From contig JAVKOQ020000039.1 in the NCBI GenBank assembly GCA_031835245.2, positions 62,001 to 126,000 on the forward strand: a stretch of 64,000 bases of DNA. The letters run 5' to 3'. Source of the stretch: Balamuthia mandrillaris. Its lineage: Eukaryota. Shown piece after piece: positions 25,895-38,105 of the stretch; the stretch's first letter is position 1; the number at the start of each line of letters is the position of its first letter. A program made the position numbers and the translations under genes. The notes beneath the pieces are model-generated. The model had not been told where the DNA came from, made no database searches, and worked only from the letters and a program-made list of their open reading frames with translations.

Positions 25895-26073
25895 CGACGT
25901 TTAAAATATCCCCAGGAGAAGGAGAAATGAGCGAGTCACCCTCACAAGTCACAACCACAAACAAACACTTTCTGTCTGTTCTCTCTTTGTACATTACACA
26001 CCAGAAGCGCTTGGTGTTCTTTTTGTCGACCGCTCAATTCATTTGTGGAGAGAGGAAAAATAGCAAACGAGAG

Positions 26074-26973
26074 ATGAGGAGAGCTTCAACCAACGTGGGC
26101 TGGCCCACGAGGCAGGATTGGGCGTTCTTTCTCGCCTGCGCGGTGTCGCTGAGCATCTTTCTGGCGGTGGGTGCCTTTGGCTGGCTCTACGGCGGCTCGC
26201 GAGCCGTCCTCGCCTGTCGTGGTGGCCGCTACCAAGGCGGAGAAACCCCCCACGAGTTTGGCTACGGCGACTACATCCCCCCAGAGTATCAACGCAAGCT
26301 TCAAATGGAGCGAGTAGCAGCGGAGCTCGAGAGAAACTCCCTCTCACCTCTCCGGTTCTTGTTGCGCCAGTTGGCGCCGCCTTCCTTCCGTCTTGTGCCG
26401 CTGCAGCCTGGGGACCCATCTTCTGGGACTTCAACCAACACGGCGGAAGAAGGGGAGTGCGTGGTCAGCTGGTACTATGGGGACGGGCTGTTGCAGTGGG
26501 AGCCCTCGGTGAGGGTGCCGTTGATGGAGGTGGGCAGGGCGGAGGTGGAGAGGGGTGGCAGCAGGGGCGGGCGGGTTGTGCTCTTGTTGCTGAGCCATTT
26601 GCCCGACATTGGGGATGCCGTTCCCCTTCATTTCGCCTACACGTAAGTTGTTGCCTCGTTTTCTGAACGCTTGTTGCTGAGAGAGTCATCTAGCTCAGGA
26701 ACAGGCATAAACCATAGAGCCACAGCGGATGACATAACAGAAAAGGTCATCGCTCTCAAGGAAGGCCGGCTTCCCAGGGACCAGTTCGTTTGGGAGGAGG
26801 ACCACTCGCTCGTTTGGTTGGGGATAGGCATCGTGCTGGGCCTCATCGGCGCTCTTGGCTACGTTGGCCTCTTCCTGTACGTCGCCGCCACGCTCGCTCG
26901 CGCCTTCTACCACGACTTGGGGCGAAGAGTTATTGTCGACTCTGCGATCACTGTCGACAAGAAAACGCAATGA
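26074..26973 (+). CDS. Uncharacterised membrane protein with two TM helices; one intron near 26643-26693
   Basis: Hydrophobic helices near both termini (WAFFLACAVSLSIFLAVGAFGWLY; LVWLGIGIVLGLIGALGYVGLFLYV); coding-like GC3. Confidence 0.6.
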
Positions 26974-27005
26974 TCTGATCTTTCATGCAATTTTTGTAGA
27001 CATGC

Positions 27006-27035
27006 TTTCCCGCCAAAAATTGTTTACCCGCCAAA
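27006..27035 (+). promoter_or_regulatory. Tandem E2F-like sites upstream of KNL1
   Basis: TTTCCCGCCAAA (27006-27017) and TTTACCCGCCAAA (27023-27035), about 200 nt before the ATG. The first matches TTTSSCGC exactly; the second is a variant. Confidence 0.55.
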
Positions 27036-27221
27036 GTGAATTTTTTCTTTTCAGCTGTTTTTTTGTCCGTTTTTTCTAAAAGAACGAAAAAAAAAAAAAC
27101 GTAGAAGAAAGCAACGAAGAAGAAGAGGCGCTTTGTTTGCTGTGGTGGACGTAGCAGTGGTGTGATCCGATTTTTTTTGTTTTGTTTTGTATTTTTTGTG
27201 AATCGTCCACCCGAAAAAAAA

Positions 27222-30200
27222 ATGTTTCATAGACGGAAGATGATGGAACAGAACCGTCGGCGGTCGATGCCGATGAAGCAAGCGCTCGGCGAGGCGCTTG
27301 CTCAAGGCCCTTCCGTGGGCTCACCGAAAGTGGCAGCTGGCCCTATTGCCCCGCTCCTGGATGCTAAGGCCTCCTTTGCTTCCCTCGGCAACGACCTCGA
27401 CGACAAAGAAAACCAAAATAGGGACAGCAATATTATGATCTCTGTTAACGCGACCCCCGTCAAGAGAAACACTCGGCGAAGAGAGTCCATCATGCGAACC
27501 AAACAACCAGGCAACCGCAAGTCCCTCAATCGCCGCGTTTCCTTCTCCTCCACTGTCAATGTGCTCCTCTTTGAAAAACAGCAAAACAAAGAGGAAGAAG
27601 ATGGAGGTGCCGCAGAAAAAGTTGCCTGGGAGGAAAACAATAACGGCGCTAGTACTCACCACGGTGGCTCGTCTTTCCGTAACCGTCGGACCTCGGAAGC
27701 CATGGAGCTCACCATGCCTCTTGGTGGAGTGCAAGTAGAAGACCTGGATGCTGCTGCACGGTTGATTGTGGAAGAGCTGACGGCCGCTGAGGAGGATGGA
27801 TTTGCTTCCCCTGGACGCCCTTCTCTTGCACTCTCCAAGCTCGACAAGACGAGGCGTCTGAGCGAGGCCATGGACCTCACCATTCCTTTGGGCAGTTTTC
27901 AACAAGACATGATCGACAAGGACGACCTGAGTGACCACTTTGATCACCTCAACGATACCAACCACAACAACAAAACAAGGCGCTTATCAGAGAATATGGA
28001 GTTGACACTGCCCATTGGTAGTTGGAGGGAGGACCTCAAAGGAGCTTTGGGAGGGGAAGAAGAGTTCAACTTGGACCTCGATCTCTCCGTATTGGAAGAA
28101 GATGATGAGGAAAGAGGCACGAGTCGTGCCAACAGGACGAGACGGTTCAGCGAGGCAATGGACATGACGACTCCTCTGGGCGATTGGAGAGACGTTCTCG
28201 AGGACGGGGGACCAGCAGAAGACGTGAGCCACAACCTTGCTCTCGATCTAAATGATGAAGGACCGATCGAAGGACAGAACGATGCCGCCGAGGAAGAGGA
28301 CACATTTGACTTAGGAGGTATTGACAAGACGAGGAGAATGTCTGTTGGAATGGACCTAACAGTTCCTCTCGGAGACTTGTCATCATCTACTCATGCCATT
28401 CAAGAAGCACATGAAAGTGTTTTGGAAAGCGGAGTCGTGATTCAGGAACGGATAGAAGATTTGCAAAGAAACGAGGAAGTAGCAGAAGAGGACGAGATCG
28501 AAAAGGAGAATGCCAACAACAAAACGAAACGTCTTTCAGTGGACATGGAGTTCACGGCGCTAGTTGAATCGCTGGGTGGGGAAGAGGATCCACTTCTCAG
28601 CACCGAGAAAGAGGATGAAGGTGAAGAAGCAAACATGTTGCAATCGGACAGGACTCGACGTATCTCTGGTGACATGGATTTGACCTTGGTACCCCGCCGC
28701 GAGAATGTGAACGAGGCGAACGAGGGAACCAAAGACGAGACAGAAGACATGGGAATGATGACGCGACGGTTATCAGGAGCCATGGAGTTTACGGCAGTGG
28801 TTGGAGGATTTTCTTCCACCAAAGAAGACGAAACAACTAACGATATCTTTGCGGAAGAAAAGAAAGCGAAAGACAATGTACGAGAGGATGAGGAAGACGA
28901 AGATAACGAAACATTAACGACAGAACAGTTGGATCGTGCTGGCCAAGTAACGAAACGACTTTCTATTGGAATGGACTTCACCGAAGTGGTTGGCGGATTG
29001 GCAGCTACGAAGCAGGAAGATGCTCAAGTATCGTCTTCTTTGAAAGAAGGAGCTGAAGAAAAGCGTAGCAAAAAAGAAACGGAAGAACACGAACCTACTG
29101 CTCTGTCGAATGGCTACCACGCTACTGAACCTTCCACTCCTAGTTCAGTAGGAATGAAGAGAAAGACGCCTTCCTCTCCCTTTCCCTCCTTCCAAAAGGA
29201 CTCGCTAGAACGCCGCCTCCGAGCAGCCCTGCTCCTCAGACCAGAGCTAGAACAAAAGGAATGGGGCTGCGAGAACCTGACCCAAGCTGCTAAGCACCTC
29301 GCCGAGGAGAGCAAGGCCCTCTCTGCCGAGTTAGGCAACCTCTCTGCTGCTCGCGCTGTCCTCTCTCCCAACCTCTCCATCCTCATCAAGCAAAAGAGCG
29401 CGGTGGAGGCTCAAAAGCAATGCGCCGAATGGTGCCTCAAGCTAGAGCAAAGTGTGTACAGTCGATTGGAGGATAACATGGAGAGCCTGAAGCAGGACTT
29501 GGAGCGGGTGAAGGCTCGTCTGGCGGCCCTCCGACAGAGCAGAGCGCAACGCATCGCCAACAAGGAGGAGGAAGTGGCTGAGAATCAGGACATGCATGAT
29601 ATCCTGACGGGCCTTCAGCTGTGGCATCCTCGCGTGCTCAAGAACCAGAAGCTCGTCTTTCTGTTCCACGCCAAGCCGCCGTTGAAGCCCTACGAGCTGA
29701 CCATCACCATCGGCAAAGCACAAACCCGCCATCGCCCCATTCTCAACGCCAACTTTGCTCCTGTCAAAGACCTCTACGCCTCCTCTTCTTCCGCCTCCTC
29801 CTCTTCTTCATCCACTGCAAAGAAGATCAACGATCCATTCGCCGTAGGCCTCTTGAAAAGCACCAACATTCAAACCATCATCCAAAGCCTCTCCTCTACA
29901 AAGCAACTTAACTACTCTCTGGAGGAGATCAGCTTCCGGCTGAACCGCGTGCAGCACTGCCTCAGCGAGGTCAGCAAGCTGAGCCGCAATCCTCAATGGA
30001 AGGTCCTTCAAACGGGCATGGACCAGGCCGTCAACAGCAACGGACAGACCATCCCCGGCAACACGTCCTTTGTGGAGATCATGTTTAGCAACTTGAAGCG
30101 GCACAGCAAGTTTGTGGTGCGGTTCCACGGGCTTGGGTTTGGCTATTGCTTTGGCGATTTGCAGTTCTCCTTTAGGAAGATATTTGGAACGGGGGTGGAC

Positions 30201-30287
30201 GAGGCCGTCGTGAGGGAGCGCATTGAGGCTTGCCCCAAGGGATTGGGTCGCCTTGCGGCCGTGTGCGATGCACTCTGTTCTCTGTGA
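27222..30287 (+). CDS. KNL1: Outer kinetochore scaffold KNL1/Spc105/Spc7, intronless
   Basis: SILK-like RRESIMR, PP1-binding RRVSF, nine MELT-like repeats (M[ED][LMF]T), coiled coil, C-terminal RWD-like region. Confidence 0.85.
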   Translation: MFHRRKMMEQNRRRSMPMKQALGEALAQGPSVGSPKVAAGPIAPLLDAKASFASLGNDLDDKENQNRDSNIMISVNATPVKRNTRRRESIMRTKQPGNRKSLNRRVSFSSTVNVLLFEKQQNKEEEDGGAAEKVAWEENNNGASTHHGGSSFRNRRTSEAMELTMPLGGVQVEDLDAAARLIVEELTAAEEDGFASPGRPSLALSKLDKTRRLSEAMDLTIPLGSFQQDMIDKDDLSDHFDHLNDTNHNNKTRRLSENMELTLPIGSWREDLKGALGGEEEFNLDLDLSVLEEDDEERGTSRANRTRRFSEAMDMTTPLGDWRDVLEDGGPAEDVSHNLALDLNDEGPIEGQNDAAEEEDTFDLGGIDKTRRMSVGMDLTVPLGDLSSSTHAIQEAHESVLESGVVIQERIEDLQRNEEVAEEDEIEKENANNKTKRLSVDMEFTALVESLGGEEDPLLSTEKEDEGEEANMLQSDRTRRISGDMDLTLVPRRENVNEANEGTKDETEDMGMMTRRLSGAMEFTAVVGGFSSTKEDETTNDIFAEEKKAKDNVREDEEDEDNETLTTEQLDRAGQVTKRLSIGMDFTEVVGGLAATKQEDAQVSSSLKEGAEEKRSKKETEEHEPTALSNGYHATEPSTPSSVGMKRKTPSSPFPSFQKDSLERRLRAALLLRPELEQKEWGCENLTQAAKHLAEESKALSAELGNLSAARAVLSPNLSILIKQKSAVEAQKQCAEWCLKLEQSVYSRLEDNMESLKQDLERVKARLAALRQSRAQRIANKEEEVAENQDMHDILTGLQLWHPRVLKNQKLVFLFHAKPPLKPYELTITIGKAQTRHRPILNANFAPVKDLYASSSSASSSSSSTAKKINDPFAVGLLKSTNIQTIIQSLSSTKQLNYSLEEISFRLNRVQHCLSEVSKLSRNPQWKVLQTGMDQAVNSNGQTIPGNTSFVEIMFSNLKRHSKFVVRFHGLGFGYCFGDLQFSFRKIFGTGVDEAVVRERIEACPKGLGRLAAVCDALCSL

Positions 30288-30694
30288 AAAACACTCTCTT
30301 CTCCGATAACCCCTTTTTGGCTTTGTTATGTACATTCTTTTCATTTTTAAAATTGCATGCTTCACATTCCTTATTGGCTCATAAGGTAATTGAGATAATT
30401 GAATTTTGCCCTATTTGGAAAATCTTAATTGAGAAATTGGTACAATTTGTGGAGTCGCCTCCCCATCAACAAAAAAAAGAGGAGGTTAACTCAAACAACA
30501 ACAAAGGGGAAGGCAGAAAGAAAGAAAACACCGCAAAAAGAAAAAGAAATTTACGGCTCTCCTCCACGCACCCACACTCACACACTTTTTTTGTGAATTT
30601 TACGTTTCGTGCGAGTCTGAGGTCGCGCTCTCTCCTCACTTTTTTTTTTGTTGCAAAGTGAGAAAGAAAGAAATCGCAACAACAAAAAAAAAAG

Positions 30695-33600
30695 ATGGAC
30701 ACGATTCCAACGTTTTGGCCAACGGAAGAAGAGTTCTCGGACTTCTCGGCCTATGTGACGGCGGTGGAGGCCCACTGCAAGAGCGCGCCAGGCTCCCCTG
30801 GTCTCGCCAAGATCGTGCCGCCCGCTTCGTGGCTATCCCGCTATGCCACCGTCACTACCTTTATGAAAGAGCAAATCGGCTCTCCCTCTTCCGCTTCTTC
30901 CGCTTCTTCTTCCGCTCTGCTTCCAAACGGGTTGGAGGAGATGGTCATCCCTTCGCCCATTCGACAGTACGTGACGGGGCGACAGGGCGTCTTCCAGATC
31001 TTGAACGTGATGGAGAAGGAGCGAACGGTGGCGCAGTTCATGGCGGACGCTCGCTTGCAGGAGGACAAGTGCCTTCACGCCTCCCAACGAAAGAGCAGGC
31101 AAGAGAAGGAGGAGGAAGAGCGGAGAGAAAAGAAGAGGAAAGCAGCGATGAGCAGAGAAAGACAAAACGGTGGCCAACAGCAAAAAGAAGAAGCGATAGC
31201 AGACAAGGAGGATGCAGAAAAAGAAGAAGAAAAAGAGAAAGGAGGAAAGAAAGCGGGAGCAGCAGCAGAGACAGACATGAAACAGCTCTTTCGAGAAAGA
31301 AAGTTTGATTGGGAAGAGCTGGAGAGAAAGTTTTGGAAGAACGTGACCTTTCATCCTCCGCTCTATGGAGCCGACATGCTGGGCTCTCTCTTTGAAGAAG
31401 AAGAGGATGAAAAGGGCGAAGAGGAACAACAGAACAGAAAGACGAACAGAAACGCTTGGAACCTGGCAAACTTGGACTCCTTGCTGCTGCGGCGGATCGG
31501 CAAGGAGCTGCCGGGCGTGACCAAGCCGTACCTTTACTTTGGCATGTGGAAGGCCATGTTTGGGTGTCATACAGAGGACATGGAGCTGTTTAGCATTAAC
31601 TATCTCCATTTTGGCCAGCCCAAGTTTTGGTACGGCGTTTCTCCCACCCAGCGCGAGCGCTTCGAAGGCTTTGCTCAGGTATGTTTCTCTTCTGCTCTTC
31701 TCCCTTGCCCTTGTTCTTCCGCATTCCCCCTCCCTTTGTTGCTTCTTCTTTCTACTGTTATTCAATCACCTGATGTCCATCTTGGTTTTTTGTTAGCAAC
31801 ACTATCCACACCAATACAAGGAATGCAGTCAGTTCCTGCGGCACAAGTCGAGCATGCTCTCTCCCACTTTGTTGCGAGCCTCCAATATTCCAGTGGTAAA
31901 AGGCATACAGGAAGCCGGGCACTTCATCATAACCTTCCCCGGCGCCTTTCACTTTGGCTTCAACACCGGCTTCAACTGCGCTGAGTCGGTCAACTTTGCG
32001 TTGCCCAGCTGGATCGAGCATGGACTTCGAGCTAAGCCTTGCACTTGCATCTCGGATAGCGTGACAATAGATGTTCGCTTGTTTGTCAATGGAGAACAAC
32101 AAGATGATGCGGCTTCATGCGCATCATCTGCTCTCGCAGAAGCAAAAGAAAAAGTAGAAACAAAAAATGAGAGAAGAAGTAAAAGCAGCAGGACGCGAAA
32201 GAGAGGAAGTAATGCGAGTGGCACGAAACGTAAGATTGTGGATGAAAGGGAATCATTGACGAATAACGGCGAGAGCTCTCCACTCGCTCTTACAAAGGTA
32301 AGGTCTCCTCTTGTGTCGTTTGCAACATGCCCCAACTCAGTCTTTTTGTTGTTTTTGTTGCTGTTAGCGCTAACAAAATACCATATCAAACCAAACTCAA
32401 CACAACCAAACATGAACACAAATAATTGACCAACGCAAACACACAAACGATTACTGACAGAGAAGAGGAGGAAGGGCAGGCGCAGGTACAGCGATGGCGA
32501 ACACGCATTCACACCACCAACGCCTCCCCCGAAGAAGCCGATCCAACGAAGGCGTTCACAACGGAGATGCGAAGGGAATAGCACTACAACCACAGAAGCA
32601 AACTCGAGTTCGTCCTCCACGGCGAGGGAAGAAACAACAACCACAGCATCTCCAACTACAACTCCAGCAACAGTGGGAAGAAGAAGCCCCCGCAAGGTCC
32701 AAACGAAGAGCTCCAACTTCCAAGAAAAAAATCAACAAAATTGAGCGCACAGAATTGGTTAGTTACTTTCAAGAGGAGAATGAGACAGGAACAGAGAATC
32801 ATTGGTTTGTTGAGATAGCGGCTGAAGAACTTGAAGGAGGAGCTGGAGGAGACGAAAGTTGGAAGTTTAGTTGCATTTGTGGAGAGATATCACAAAGCGA
32901 TGACCCTCCAGACTTGCATCCCAAGGGACGCATGTTCGAGTGCAGCGAATGCCGTCTTTGGGGACATATCGACTGTTACGATGACTATAAGGGCTATCGA
33001 CAGGAAGAACTGCCGGAAAGTATGACATGTCATCTTTGTCGGATTAACAACAGCAGCAACCGTAGTTTGCAACGCAACAAAAAGAGGAAGAAGCAAGAAC
33101 ATTCCAACAAGAGTGAGAGTCCAAGCCTTTACTACTACCTTCATCATCAAAACACTCCTCCTGGTGGTGTCTACTTGTCGGCAAGTAACGAAGAAGAAGA
33201 GGAAAGGAAGAAAAAAGAAAAGAAGGAAAAGCATACTGAATTGCTATGCGAGGCATGGTTTCTAGATGACATGAACAAACAAAAGGAACAACAACGAAAA
33301 GAACAAGAAGAAAGAGAAAGAGAACAAGAAAGAGAAAGGGAAAGAGAACAAGAAAGGGCCAGAGAATGGGAAAGAGAACAAGAAAGAGAACTAGAACGAG
33401 AAAGAGAGCGGCAGAGAGAACAAGAGCGAAGAGCCAAAGAACGAGCAGAAGAAGAGGAAGAACGAGACAGACAAAGAAGAGCACAAATGCTGGCCCAATT
33501 AGAGGAAGTTATAGCTCAAGTGGAACACGGCGGCTTTAACCTCGATATAGTGGAAGGAGAGTCATGGAACGTTGCTGCTTTGATGACGGCCAACCATTTA

Positions 33601-35613
33601 CAGCAACAACAGAATCATGACTCGCTATCAACTACAGAACCTACGATCACCAAAGAGAGTGTGCAACTACCAGAAAGCGCTCCTGCTCGCACAAAGAGAA
33701 AGAAAGCAAACTCTTCAAGCCTACACGGCAACAACATCAAAACGCAGGATAGTGGGAAGAGCAAGAAACGTGGTTATAATAGTTCGAAAAAGGACAAGAA
33801 GAGAAAAAGAAGGAAGGAGAAGAAAGAGAAAAAAGACAAGAAAAGCAAAACTAAACATCGGAAAAAGAACAAACAGAAAGAACAAATGACGACGCGTCAT
33901 CAACGGGCGAAAGAAAAGCAGAACAGAACTGATAGCCAACGAGACAACAAAGTGGAGGATAAAAAGTCAGTTGCTTCCCCTAAACATACTGAATCTCAAC
34001 CAAACCGTTTTATTGCTCATTCTTTTCATCATCATCATCGCCCTACGCATATCACCTCGCCTTCGCAAGATACTAGCAATAACATCATTCATCAATCACT
34101 GCCGCCCCTCCAACAAGCTCTTCCTCCTCTGGCATCTGCTCTTTCCTTCGCTTCCGACTTTGCTCCATCCCCCACGGTTCATACGGCCCCTCTCCACAAC
34201 ATTGCGTCCACTGCCTCATCTTCGTCATCAACTTTGTCTCCAACACCGAACGAATCTCCTTCTTCCTCTTCCGCTTTCTTCTCTTCCTCAAGTTGTGGTC
34301 CTCCTTCCACCAACTCGACTATTCCTCCAACTGCTCTCAACGGACATTACTCTATCTTTGATGTGAAAAAAACAGTTATGCCTTCCTCTTCTGTCGCTGC
34401 TAATTCCTTGCAGTCAAGCATGAACTCATCTTCCGCCTATCCTCCGATCTTTATTTCTTCTGCTGCACCTTCATCTTCTTCCTTCCAACCTTCACCTGCT
34501 TCCTCTTTTCCTTCTGCCTCTTACTCTACTCTCTCTGTTTCCTCTCCTTCCCCTTCGTCTTCTTCCCTTTCCACTCCCTTTTCCTTCCCGACTTCTTCCA
34601 CCAACGAGCTATCTTCGCTAGTCCCACTTCCATCAATCTCCGCTGCTCCGCTCAAGGCAAAGCCATCTCTCGTATCTCACGATTCTCATCGAATTCTTTC
34701 TACGAACAACAACTCTGAAGAACCTCATACTTCATCTCCGTCTTGCTCTCCATCTCAGTCACAACCTCAGCCTCAACTATCACCACAACAACCACAACCG
34801 CAGTCGATGATGTATCACTTTCCTGTACAGAGCAAACCACAACAAAGTTCCCAACCCCTATCGCAAACACAAACATCTTCCCTTCCTTCTCTTATTCTTC
34901 CGGTAACAACCAACAATGTCGACAATAACAACGCAGCATCTGCTCAGCTGCTTCAACGGTTGTATTTGCAGCAGTTGCAGCTTCGATTGTTACAGCACCA
35001 ACAAGCATTACATATCCAAAATCAACTCTTGCCCCCACTCTCACCCTCTCAACAACTGTTGTTACAACTGCAACAACAAGCACTCCCCCTTTCCTCACAA
35101 CCAGCTGCCACCCAGCAAAACAAACAAACCGGATCGACAGCATCAACTTCAGGAGAAGTTGCTTCAGCTTCCTCTGCATCTACAACTACTAGCAATGCCA
35201 ATGCAACAACTTCTTCCTCACATCTTCCTTCATCCTCGTCATTCTATCCACAATTAGCGCCAAAACCTCTTCTGCCAAAACTGTTGCCACAACCATCACC
35301 AACACCAATTGCTCCCTTTCCTCCATCCACTTCCCTCTTTCCCTTTTGCGCGCCCACGGCCACCACTCCCTCCCAACTGGCGGCTTTGTACCTGCTCTCA
35401 GCTGCCGTTGCCAGCAACTCCACCAACCCCACTCATGCTGCTGCGCTTCATACATTGCTTCAACTGGCTCCACTTCAACAACTGCAGCCTCCTGCTTCAT
35501 TACTTTCTACATCTTCTGTGGCGCCTCAACAAACGTTACAGCAGCAACAAGCACAACCCTCCGCACCAGGCGGTTCGTCTGCTGCTGCTGCTGCCTCAAC
35601 TCAGGCCCAATAA
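30695..35613 (+). CDS. KDM4: JmjN/JmjC histone demethylase (KDM4/JMJD2/Rph1-like) with PHD finger and long low-complexity tail
   Basis: JmjN IPTFWPTEEEF..GLAKIVPP; LERKFWKN..PPLYGAD; HTEDMELFSINYLHFG; GAFHFGFNTGFNCAESVNFA; PHD CICG..CSEC..HIDC..CHLC. Confidence 0.9.
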
Positions 35614-36601
35614 CAACCCTCTCGTCAATAACTGAGGATTCCTTTTGTAGTTTTTTTTTAAAAAGTATAAAACAAACACAAAAAATGAAAAAATAGAAAA
35701 ACATGAAACAACCAGCAGAGTAAAACACGCAAAGCTGAGGTGAGGAGTTGCTGGGAAGGAATTCAAAAAAGAGAAAATAATCGACACAGAAAACCAGATC
35801 TTCTCCAAAAATACAGAATAACGAGAAATTATGACGATTTTCGATTTTCGGGGATCATCGCTCAAAAATAAGACCACTTCTCCTTCGGCACTACGACCGC
35901 CACGCGAAGACCAGCCAGGGATTATTGTCGTAGCAATAAAAAGTGGAGGAGAGCGGATGAAAGTTGTCGTGAAGGTTTGTCGAAAAAAAGGAATCTCATG
36001 ATATCATTTGGCGGTACGTTCTTCGGACGGAGGCGGAACATGTCCGAACCGCGAATGGGGTTTGCTTGTGGCAGCCGTTCGGGGGTGGAGTCGCAAAGGG
36101 GTATTTGATTATCGGGCTTTTATCCGATAGATTATTAGTAATTCGAAAAAAATTTGTATAAAAAAAGAAAAAACTAAATGAAATGGGAAATAGGTAAAAA
36201 ATAAAATAAAATAAAGTTTTTTATTCGTCGGCGGACGTAAAAAAGAAAGCAAGAGAAGAAAGAGAGCAAAGTTGTTGTGCTTCTTCTTCGCCAAAGCCGT
36301 CTTTTACCCTCCGGCTCGGGAGACAAGGTCAGGAGTTCAGCATCTCTCTGATTTTTGAGTTTTTGTTTTGGTATTTGGTTCGTTTTTTCTTTTTTTCTTT
36401 TTTTGAACGTTTGTTGCAGCATTGTAACGCTTCTTTCCTCCTTTCATTCTCTTTTTTATTAGTTTTTTTTAAGGTTTTTTTTTTTCGTTTCTGTTGTTCT
36501 TATATATATTGCGGTGTTTTTTTTTTGAACATTCAGGGCTATATAGCACAAAGCTGTTTGGCAACACCTTTGAGAGAACAGGAGAGAAAAAACAAACAGA
36601 A

Positions 36602-38060
36602 ATGGAAGAGGAAGAAGCGGACGCAACGACCCTCTCTGTTGTTGGACGTATGAGAACCGACAAACAAGAGGAAGAGGAAGAGGAAGAAGTCGAGGAGGAA
36701 GAGGAAGGTTTAACGGCTGAAGAGGAGGAGGAAGAGGAAGAAGAACGTGGAGGCAGAATGCAGAAAGAAGGGGAAGGGGAAGGAGAGAGCGAGTTCGAGC
36801 TCGACCGCGAAATGGAGGCTATGCGAATGGGAGAGGAGGAGGACGACCGGTTGGAGCAAGAGGACGAGGAGGGGGACCTCTCCGGGGCCAAAGCGGCCGC
36901 CGCGCTGCACGCCCTCCGGATCAAGGAGCAGAGAGAGCGGGACGTGCGGACGCCCCCTCTGCCCTCCGCCTGGGCCGTGAAGAGCTTGCTCTCACGGCCG
37001 CTCTCTGGGGACGAGGGGCTTATGCCCGCCATTGACGCCACTCGTGTCGACGCCGCTGGTTTGTTTAAATAACCTCTCTCTTTCTCTCTCTTTCTCTCTC
37101 TCTATTATTCTCTGATATTCCTTCTTCCTTTCTCCTTTCTTTCTCTCAAAATCTGTTCTGAATGGAATCTTTGACAAATAGGGTTTCTTAACAAACCCCC
37201 GACGATGGAGGTTGAGTTCAACAACACGGCCAGAACCGTGGCAACGGCCACAGGCTCCCCTTTCGACCTTGCGAGCTACGCTTCCTCCTCGTCCTCCGCA
37301 ACTTTTTCTCCTCCGTCCTCTTCCTCATCACTCAGCGCAGACATTGGTTTCCGCCCCCTCTCTCCAAATGCTATCAACGCCCCTTCGTCTTCTTCCTCCT
37401 CCTCCTCTTCTTCCTCGCTGGTCAAACCGTCTCGTGAGCCCTTGAAAGGCTTTGCCATGGAGGCGGTTCATCCTTCTCCTCCTTCTTCTACTCCCTCATC
37501 ACCGATCGTCGTTGCTTCTGCCTTCACCTCAGCGGAGTTGCAACCCTCTCGGACAAGAACGGTGAGCAGTCCTACGGCCTTTAATGCAAATGCTGGTCCC
37601 TTCACTGCTACACCGCCTCAACTGTTGGCTCTTCGCCAAACCGTGTCTAGTCCTTCTCTTGGAGAGAAGCTCAAGTGGGAAACAGAAGACACTCCGCAAC
37701 AGATGATGGCAAAGGAACAACAACAACAACAGTCTCTGGCTGTTTTCTTATCGATGAATAGCGCAGGTGAAGAGGATGACGACGAGAATGCGGAGAAAGG
37801 AAGTGATGACGGAGAAAAAGGAGTTGTGCGGATGGAATTAGCATCTCTGTCCTCCTCTTCTGATAAACAAACAACAACAAAGAAAGCGCCCATGCGGGCC
37901 GTTAGTGCTGATTCCACTTCTTCTGGTGGGCTACGACCGCTACATACGTCGGGTCCCCTTGCTCTTTCGTTGAAGGATGAGCCACCTCCTATTTCACCTC
38001 GAAAACGACCCTATAAATCGGAACTGGAGGAAGAAGGCAGCAATGTCTCTCCTCGGTAAC

Positions 38061-38105
<45 letters not shown>

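Noticed and set aside
35880..36110. GC-richer intergenic stretch with a small CTACGAC/GTCGTAG hairpin upstream of the CXC gene
   Set aside because: No recognisable ncRNA boxes or second copy; more likely promoter or 5' UTR.
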